A DNA stretch of 56,393 bases, the filler included, from Sphacelaria rigidula (lineage: Eukaryota), in assembly GCA_964200075.2 (NCBI GenBank). It is 5 parts of 5 records of this genome, joined end to end, with 100 filler letters (N's around TTAATTAATTAA, not from the genome) between each part and the next. Parts side by side here need not be neighbours in the genome. Positions count along the whole stretch, not along the records: positions 45,196 to 56,393 come from CAXNAA020005254.1; 4 more parts are not named here. One strand, 5' to 3'. The translations under genes and the position numbers were made by a program. How positions within the stretch are numbered: the stretch's first letter is position 1; the number at the start of each line of letters is the position of its first letter. Of the stretch, positions 47,450-56,393 are shown one piece after another. The notes below the pieces were generated by a model. The model was not told where the DNA came from. It saw only the letters and a list, made by a program, of their open reading frames with translations, and ran no database searches.

Positions 47450-50400
47450 GGTCACCAATTTCAGGAGGGTTGATGGATGTAAAACCTCAATTAGGGGTCT
47501 TCGGGCTATGACAGTAGGTCGAGCCAACTGTCGAAACGGAATGAAAAGCAAATACGCTCGTGCCAGGATAACCCAGTGGTGTACTGACCGCAGCAGAAAT
47601 TTGCCAGAAAAATGTTTGCCATCGATGGACAACAACTTCCGGGGGTCCAGCATGCATGACGGAGTGACAACTGAATCGATCAGTCATCAACAAAATGTAC
47701 TTGTTGCTACTCTTCATGAGCGGCAACGATCCGAATTAGTCTCAAGATGTAACTTCATCGGGCCCATTGGGGAGCGGCATGGACATGGTTGGTCAACGCA
47801 CAGTCTGGGGAGACGTTTTGCGCGCCTGGCAAATCAAACAACGACATACCCACCAACAGACACTTTGGTCGACACCTACCCACCAGTAAAATCGCTCGAT
47901 GAACTAGGTCGTCCGAATTGTTGCCATATTGATCGAAATGTTGAAATTGCACTGGTGCAGGACCCATGGTCGCGGCAGCATCGGCACGTACGTGCAATGG
48001 TTCTTGACCGAGTAGTCGAACATATCTACAGGCAGGATGGTCTGGCTGAGGTGTCCGCGTGGGTTTGTGGATAAAAAGTACCATGCCGTCCTCATGCATG
48101 TGCAGTTTGTTCGTGCAGCCAGCTAAACACTTCATCCTGCACGGATGCCCGCGCCGTCCGACGGGCTCGAGGATATCCACAGGGGGGAATGGAAGTGGGC
48201 AATTATGGGACAGGTGAAGTATTGCTGCGCGGCACGTAAGCTCGGTTAATTGTTCTCGTTCCTTATCTTGGCGGGAAAAAAACAAACGTCTGTTTTTCGT
48301 TTACTCTCGTTCTACGAGAGATGAGAACGTGTACTTGTACAATGAAAACAAAAAGGGGGAGCGGTGGGTTCCGAAGCGGCGGCAACATTTATGCGGGGGC
48401 CCTACCCAAATCTGCTTCTTGCATTGGTGTTGGCATTCCCAGAAACAAAAAGGGGGGATCGAGGAGGCAAACCACCGGGTGCCGTTTTCGGGGCAAAAGG
48501 TGTCAGCCCACTCATGCGCAAACCGGACGTTCTTTTTCGGTGTCAGCCCACTCATGCTCAAACCTGGAGTCTTGGAAGCGTACGCGAATGACTTCCGCCG
48601 CTACGTAGCTAATTATGACTACTGATACTTTATCAGCCAGCAGCGGGTTTGTGCGAGACGGGCGTGTGGCGATGGAGGCCGTTCCTTATGGTACGTTGGT
48701 TTTAAACGGAGCATTCGTCCATCGACCCAAATCCAGAGGTGAGGTGGACAATCGCGCGGTATAGCGGATCAGAACATCTACAAGTTTGTCGATGACCGCT
48801 GCGGTACAACCGGCACCGTCGAGATTGAGGGTGATGTGACAGGTGTGGTGGAACGTCATTCTTTGGTCGGAAAAACCTTGCTCGCTGCTGAGGCTAGAAA
48901 CAACCCAACAATATTTGATGAATGTCGGGTTTCGGCGTCGTCATCCAACGCGGTCAAACCCAATGTATCAGCTGAAACTGGTCCATGACAATCGGCGTTT
49001 TGCTCAACCTCAGTTGGGGAAGTGGTACTGGTGCGGAAACAAAAATCAGGAGAGGTGTACGTGGAAGCGTAGCTGAAGCATACCTCAACAACTGGTTGGG
49101 TACTAAATCGATGCGGAGACGTCCGAAACATTTGCTGGCGTCCGGGTTTCACAAACACAGCTTCCTGTCCGAACATGTATGTCGGAAACGCGACCAGCTA
49201 CGTTTTCCCGAACAAAACATGGAAGGTCGTGGCATTGTGTGGAGTAATCAAAACCGAAACAGAAGGTCGTGCTATGGGGTGCGTATCGTTGAAGAGGAAC
49301 CTGCCCGGAGCCACCGGAGGTACGTGGGGGTACAGGGGACTGACATTTGTCCTCGGCCGCGCCGGTGCGGGGCACGTCCTGCCAGCAACTGACGGTGGGC
49401 AAGGTCTGAGGGGAGCCCGAGTCCAGTAATACCTAAGCCACAAGTTGATGGCTTGCACAGGATCCACTTTCAAGTAGTTTTTCAGTCCAACTCTAGTTGT
49501 GGAAGACGCATCGTCGAAGGTGACAACGCCACGCGTAAGATCCGGACCAATTTCCGGCAACGGATTGATATGTGTTCGCTGTACTTCTTGACCTTAATAC
49601 TGAAATATACTCTGGGGTGGTCTTGTGGGGCCTGGGGATGTGGGTACTGGTCTTGGCGTTCTCCAATGTTGGGGCGTAAGGGCTACGTCCGCTATGGGGT
49701 GCGACTATTTGTCGTGACCGTCGTGGTAGGGGGAGGGTCGGCTATGATGTCGGCATGGAGGGGGCAGGCACTGCAGGCTTGGTAGTGGATGTTCCAAGTG
49801 CAGAGTCGGCAGAAAATTCAGCCCTGTACTGCAATATGTCTGCCGAATCACCAACAGTAGTGGACATATGGGTCGACCGTTTTTCGTCGTCGGACGTGGT
49901 TCCGGTGGCTGCATCAGCGGAACTTCGTCATCACATCAACACGTGTAGTGGAAATAGATGTGGTCTCCACGGATTTATCGGGAGACACGTTGTCGGGGGC
50001 CAAACTTGGTATTACAGGGGACGAATCGTCTATGACCCGCTTGAGACTGCCGTGGTGTGGGATCGCCAGTAGCGGATCCGCACGTGACCACGACAACAGC
50101 AGGTAGGGCGGACTTGTGGCTCAACACGTTCTGCCTCGACCTCTCTGTTGGTGCCGGCTCAGGGGGCAACGGGGGGACAGAGGGCGGTAGCGGCACATCC
50201 AATGCCTGAGGCGTACCGTCGTGGCCTGTCGCTGTTGGGAAGTTCGCGGGAGTGCTTCGTGACGGTGCGAGCTCTTGGCTTACCGACCGGGTTACTGCCG
50301 GGGGTCCTTCTCCAACCCGTCGAGAAACGGAAAGCGAGGGTTCCCTGTGGTCATGATCCACGGTGGAATAAGTATGCTCAACTACAACGGGGCCCGACGC

Positions 50401-50550
50401 CACTTGGGTGTCTGGGCCAACATGTACCCTACGATGGATGGTCGCAAGGGCAGCAACACGATTCCGCGAGACAGCTTCTCTCTCGGCATGTGGGTATCTG
50501 CACAACACTTGGTCTCCAACTCCGATGGTCGGGGAGGAGCTAGCTGCTAA
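47450..50550 (-). mobile_element. Decayed, internally deleted Ty3/gypsy retrotransposon
   Basis: Pre-RT LSTSPLDLGRW...PFK...TRPSRTNPLLADK (about 48630-48790); YVPMLPRPWVLHQC; integrase zinc-finger half WWVCRCLICQARKTSPQTVR*P; core D*FGSLPLMKSSNKYILLMTDRFS. RT core absent; outer boundaries approximate. Confidence 0.8.
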
Positions 50551-51014
50551 CAGTTGGAACTATGAAGTAGTACAAAAGAGTTATCAATTCTAATGATGAA
50601 ACAACACAATTCTTCACCGAGAGAGCTACACCCACGTGTGGTTTCGCGGGATCGTGCCTGAGTGGGATCCTTGACCTGGGACTGATCGAACCCATTGTAC
50701 CCACACCACAAGCTTGAGCTAGCGCCGGCCGACGATATCTCAGTTTCGGGGTATGGGGGCAGTGGCCGCGTAAAATTAACGGGGACCGCACCGTCTTGGT
50801 GTTCGGTCAGGAGCCGCCGTGGCTAGCTTGGGTTTATTCTCGTGGAACGATATGTCACCATTAGGCTGAGGGGAAATTTCCTTCAGACTGTGGTTTTCTC
50901 TCCTATATATATATATATTTGTGTACCAAGCACCGGGCCTACTAGCAAGTTTAGAGACTGACACCGTGATTTCAGGTGTAGTCGTGAAGGCATGCGACTA
51001 CCATTTTGTACTCG

Positions 51015-51131
51015 AGACAGGTTTCAGTGAAAATTTGTCGGGTGGTACACGGAGCTGTCAGAACAGCGTTGTGTAGTCCAGACAGGTTTCAGTGAAAATT
51101 GTCGAGTGGTACACGGAGTTGTCAGAACAGC
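51015..51131 (+). repeat. Two direct copies of an about 52-bp unit
   Basis: AGACAGGTTTCAGTGAAAATT(T)GTCG(G/A)GTGGTACACGGAG(C/T)TGTCAGAACAGC occurs twice. Confidence 0.85.
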
Positions 51132-52353
51132 ATTTTTGGTGGTGCGCAGGACGCGAATTTCTGGGCTGGCTACGGTGGTACTGGATACAGTCTGGTGTGT
51201 ATGGGAGCAGATGGGGCTGCTGCTGGTAAGGGCGTTTGGAACCTTAGCAAAATAACCTGTGGAGCCCTCACTTCAGAGAAGATCGCGATGCAAGTTCATC
51301 GATGCAAGTCATTCAAAGGTATCGCTTTGAAATACCGTAGTAGTGGTTTTGAAACGAAATACCACTGCATTACCCATATGCGTTGGAGGGATGTTTGTCA
51401 CGTTGGTGATAAGTTCAATAGAGTTCAAACGGTATGTCGAGGAGTTGTATGCAATACATGCCTTGACATACAACTTGAGGCACATGGGGGAACAACTCGA
51501 AATTGAAACACACCCGTCCGTATGATGCATAGGTTTAGATGTGTTCTGCACTGGGATATCCGACGCGCTTGGTTCGGACAGTGTTCGTGCGCATGGTGGT
51601 TTCGGTGAGTACCGAGTTTCCGATACTTCACCAGCTCTTTCTCTCAAATTGCACCCTCACTACGAAGTGGGAGAGTGGGACATTCGCATGCTGGTGTACT
51701 GTATGTGGAAACTAAGATATTTTAAACCGAAGAGCCAGTGGATCGAACAGGATATCCATCCAAGCACCACAACTTGTATGCGCTGCTTGAAAGCGCGATT
51801 CGTGATTGGGATGAAGCTGCTTGATGGACAGACTACGGAACACAAGCGGCTACACATCCCCAGCAGGCTGGGCTGGGTGACACATGCTTCAAGGCGTACT
51901 GATATCGAAACTCCATGTGAAAAAAAATCACACACTCAGAAAGCGGGGCGCACACCTGCAGGGTGGAAATAGTACTGCCGCTGAACCCCTGTGTGTGTAA
52001 AACACTTGTATGAAGTGGAGCTAGACGGAATTGACCCGCAAGCGTCGGTCGGCACCTGAAATGTTGTTTCAACACGAAGTTTGCGTGAGGAAACGTTACC
52101 TATGAAACTCAACCGGAAGGGCAGTACTCGTGTGATCAACGCCAAGAAACAAAAACGACCGAATATCGTGTAGTGTTACAGACTACTGGCGATGGCCGCA
52201 TTTGTCTATCGATCGTGGTCCAATTCGGAGACGGTGTTCCTCCCGTGGTACATATGTCCTGTAGTGCCGAATTACCCGAACACGTGTACGTATTCGAGAA
52301 GATGTGACACTCGACTGCAGCCGTATCACTTGTAGTATACTGTCAAGACACTG

Positions 52354-53224
52354 GTGGCCGTCATCAAGGGCGGCGCGGTTGGGGCGTCACCGCTGGCCAC
52401 GAGCCGCCACAACAACACCATCATCGAGCTGGAGGACCTGGCCGAACGAGTAAACCGCTTCACCACCTCAAATATGGCGCAGATTCAAGAACGTGCGGAG
52501 TGGTCACGCGAATTCTTTATCGAAGACGCAAACAGCGATTTTAGAGATTGGATGAACGAGCTAGACCGCGTAGCGACGTCACTTCGTCAAACGTACCCCC
52601 TCGCCCCGCCGGATCACAACGACGGCGGCACGTGCCCAGCCCCGACATTTGCACGCGTGAACAAGCTGATCAAGATCGGCCACCCGCTAAACCTGATTGG
52701 CCGCCAAAGGTTGGGTCTGGACCCCCAGTCCCGACCGACGCCAAAAAGGAGGCAGCATGCAACCGCAACTTCTACAGCGCCGGCACCGAGTCAGACCAAG
52801 AAGCCCCGCACATCATCGCCAACACCCCCGCAGACCCTCCCCGCGGGGGTACAGCACACCCACAGGCTTGGTGACACCCTTCACGAACCTTCCGGAGGAA
52901 GTCTCCTCGTGGGCCCCGCCTCTGGGCGTTTGCCTCCGGAGCTGGCAGGGTTTACGCTGCACGCGGGGAGCAAAGTGCATGTTCCCCAATCACGACGAGA
53001 CCCACCCCGACGTGGCGGGCGGAACAGCTGGTGCCACGGGCGGCAGTAAAGGGACAAGTAGCAGCGGCGCTGGCAACAACTCCCAGAAGCCGGTATTGAA
53101 GTTCAGCAACGGGGGGGGATGGGGCGTACAGCCGGGGAATGGAGGAGGCGGAAGCGGGGGAGCGGGGGGAGGTGGAGCAAGTGGTGTGAACGGAGCGAAC
53201 GGAGCCCACACGGGGAGTGGATGA
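52354..53224 (+). mobile_element. Gag-like ORF1 (frameshifted, 5'-truncated) of a DIRS/Ngaro-like retroelement
   Basis: Helical region LEDLAERVNRF..., Pro-rich linker, then in a second frame CLRSWQGLRCTRGAKCMFPNH (CCCH-like) and a Gly-rich tail; lies directly upstream of the RT frame. Confidence 0.6.
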
Positions 53225-54169
53225 GGGTACGGGCCCCGCCGCGTAGCGGCGGGGCCGATCAGGAAGGAGCATGGTCCAGCCACACCCTCGTTCACTGACC
53301 CAGGCAGGTCGGTGGGCATTGCTGGAGCACCTCTCCCTGGGTCGGTGGCTCCTCACCTCTTCCACGGTGAGGCTAGAGTTACCGACTCCAAAAGTAATAA
53401 TGAGCCGACGGGAGATGGTGAGGATTGCAGGGGTTATAATCCGGAAAACGTAATAGCTCGCACGAGTAGAAACGCATGTACGCAAAACAGTAAAATTACA
53501 CGTCTATTCGACACGTCAACCCCACACCGTGCCCGCAGGTTCATCGACCAAAACGTAGGTACAACCGGAGACGAAGTGAGGACAGTAGGTAGTCCAGAGT
53601 GCCTACAAATTGTTGAAAGAAACAATAACCCGCCGCAAAAATCGGCAACAACACATCAATCGGCAGGTTTCAATCAACCGTTACGCGCGACCAAATACAA
53701 CTCCGAAAAGTACAAGATGAACTCAACCTCGACCGAAGTTGACATCAGTAGGATAGCACACCCTGAAGAAGAAAAATGTACCATGAATCTAAAGAAAATT
53801 AAAAAAACCAGTTCCCACATCGTCCGACAAGCGTAACCGTCGGAACGAACACGTGTACGAGTACAGGCCGAGTACAGACCCAGAAGGGGTCAGAAAAAGT
53901 GAGTAGTATCAGTACACGAAAAAATAGAAGAAACGAATGCAATGACTCGTCACCCCCCATCTGTAGCCGGGGGAGACCCCAGTGCGCGTGCAAGCCGAGT
54001 TCCGACCCAGATTGGAACGAACGAAGTGCGCACAAGTAGCCAGACAAGAAACGTTGCGAGGTCATTTCCTCCTCAAACCCCGCCAAAAGCCGGAGCGGTT
54101 CCGAGTAGGAGTACAAGCCGAGTGCAGGATCAGTACGGATCAATCGAAGCATGTACAATTACCGGGATA

Positions 54170-54525
54170 GAAAAAGAATCGAGGTCATTTCCTCGTCACC
54201 CTCCGCTGATAGCTGGGTCAAAAAGAAAAAGAATCGAGGTCATTTCCTCGTCACCCTCCGCTGATAGCTGGGTCAAAAAGAAAAAGAATCGAGGTCATTT
54301 CCTCGTCACCCCCCACCCATAGCTAGGTCAGAAGAAAAAGAACCGAGGTCATTTCCTCGTCACCCCCCACCTATAGCTAGGTCAGAAGAAAAAGAATCGA
54401 GGTCATTTCCTCGTCACCCCCCACCTATAGCTGGGTCAGAAGAAAAAGAATCGAGGTCATTTCCTCGTCACCCCCCACCTATAGCTGGGTCAGAAGAAAA
54501 AGAATCGAGGTCATTTCCTCGTCAT
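54170..54525 (+). repeat. 54/55-bp coding tandem array (6 full units and 1 partial)
   Basis: GAAAAAGAA(T/C)CGAGGTCATTTCCTCGTCA starts at 54170, 54225, 54280, 54334, 54388, 54442 and 54496; encodes EKESRSFPRHPPPIA(G/R)SE. Confidence 0.92.
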
Positions 54526-56393
54526 ACCCCAGCATCAGGCAGGACAGATCCGTGTAGGAGTGCAAGCCAGGTGCAGACTCAGAATGAGTCAAACGTGGCG
54601 CGTACCTGTACACGGAGAGAAAAAGAAACGAGGTCATTTCCTCGTCAACCCCCGGCACCAGCCAAAAACATCACGAGTATTAGTGCACGCCGAGTTCAGA
54701 CCCAAAAAGGGTCAATCGAAGCGCGTACTGATACACAGAGAGAAAAAGAAGCGAGGTCATTTCCCCGCCAACCCCCGCCAACAGTGCTTGACGAAAAAAA
54801 CCCACGTAAGATAGATAGGTACGACGGGTCGACGTCTGCAACGTCTCGCGCAGGGTCACACCACAACAACAAAAACAGGATAGAAAGATTGCGTATACTT
54901 TGGGAAGACAAGAAAAAATATCTTTCAACAGCACCACAAGTATTTTCCAAAACAAAACCGATCATCCATGAAATGGCAACGACATGCACAGAATTAATGA
55001 GACTGTACAGCGGGAACCTTGGAGACGTAGCGGGAAGGCTCGGCGGCACTCTGGTGTCACCGCCGATGAACCTCCGCGAAGTCCACCACCACTTTGGAGA
55101 AGTAAAACGTTTCCCCGAAATAGAAAAGCTTATGCACATACTTGAACACGGTGTACCGATAGACACGACAGCCACCGCGCCGGACTTGAGGCGAACACTC
55201 GAATACGGGAACCACAGGAGTATCGACGGTCACACCTCACATATCTGGGAAAAACTGACGGAAGATGTGAGGAGGAATAGATGCCTCGTTTTCAATCGAT
55301 CTGCGGCCCCCGAAATTGAGCACCTACGAGTAGCCCCGTTAGGAGCAGTGGTCACTAATAAGGTCCGCATCATCCATGATTTCTCATTTGACATCAATTC
55401 CAAACCCGGTACGAAAGGAGGACTCAATGCCGCCACCAACCCCGATGAAATCCCAGGTTGTCTGTGCGCCGAGGCCCTGCCACAATTATTACAAGAGATC
55501 CTACGGCTGCGAAAGAAATTCCCTCGAAAACGGATCCTTTTGTCCAAAGCCGATGTAACGAACGCTTTTCGGAATGTACGCGTAGCTGCAGAACATGCGC
55601 ACAAGTGCTGCTACGTGATCAACGATATCTTAGTAGCAGGTTTCCGACTGACCTTCAGTTGGACAGGGTCTCAGGGCTTCTGGGGGCTGCTCTCGCAAGC
55701 TATAGAACATTCTCACTGTTGTACTACTCCGAACAATGTAGACATAGTAGAGGAAGGAAGGAGGATGATGGATCACGTACGAATTGTCCCGCCGTGGGAG
55801 GTGGGTCCTCCCACGACAGTACCGCCAAACATCGGGGTGGTCCCGTCGAAGGGAGGGGGGCCTGACGACCCCTTTTTTGCTGAGGTTTATGTAGACGATT
55901 TTATACTAGCCAAAGTACAACAAGATGAAGAGGATCAGTCAGCATTATTAGCATCCACCTCTCTCGCTTCCGACCACCTCAGGTTATTCGGCCCAGGCGA
56001 ACCCGGCGAAACTCCCATCCTGGCAACCAAGAAAAGTACCGACTGGGACACCTCCGTGGAAGCGTTGGGTTACACGATCAACACGCACAATATGCGCATT
56101 TCCGTAACCGCCACAAAAATAAAAAAAAAAATCCGGGAGTTGCTGAAAAACGAATGGCCCCAAGACAGGTCGCATGCTTCCGTCGCTGAAATACTTAGCG
56201 TGGCCGGAAAATTGTGGAACCTCACCTACGTTGTACGAGCCGGTAAGTATTTTGTTTGGCAGCTGTTGAGAGTATCTGGCCTACATCAAGCGGGCCGCAG
56301 AAATCAGGACAAAAGAAAACAACTGATACTAGGGTGGGAATTCCATGGGGATATTTCTTTCTGGAAATGGGCGATAGATCACGAATTACTTCA
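54268..56393 (+). mobile_element. Reverse transcriptase ORF of a DIRS/Ngaro-like (tyrosine-recombinase class) retroelement, runs off the contig end
   Basis: Manual translation is open from 54268 to the end: YGNHRS, RVAPLGAVVTNKVRIIHDFS, SKADVTNAFRNV, RLTFSWTGSQGFW, YVDD (55888-55899), KKSTDWDT..EALGYTINT, SVAGKL. RNase H and recombinase would lie beyond the contig. Confidence 0.85.

Noticed and set aside
54170..54525. CRISPR-like array next to an RT
   Set aside because: The inter-repeat parts are near-identical rather than unique spacers, the unit is an in-frame coding repeat, and there are no cas genes.

Overview
Eukaryotic, intron-rich and transposon-rich DNA, most consistent with a brown alga (Phaeophyceae; inferred from gene structure and element types). 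The window is not one locus. It holds five contigs of 11,198-11,199 bp joined by artificial 100-nt N/TTAATTAATTAA linkers. Contig 1 (1-11199): MITEs, SINEs and an RTE-LINE relic. Contig 2 (11300-22498): the 5' ends of two head-to-head genes, homoserine dehydrogenase (-) and the DHX37/DHR1 DEAH helicase (+), plus an intronic element with an 8-bp TSD. Contig 3 (22599-33797): five exons of a damaged USP36/42-like deubiquitinase whose QED-box exon is inverted-duplicated into a near-perfect hairpin. Contig 4 (33898-45095): an orphan terminal exon, a decayed Ty1/copia element and a LINE relic. Contig 5 (45196-56393): a decayed Ty3/gypsy element and a DIRS/Ngaro-type retroelement with a coding 54-bp tandem array and an open >700-codon RT frame that the ORF track missed. 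I found no CRISPR array, rRNA gene or intact tRNA gene. The USP exon hairpin and the Ngaro-like element are the most noteworthy items; neither is shown to be a new system.
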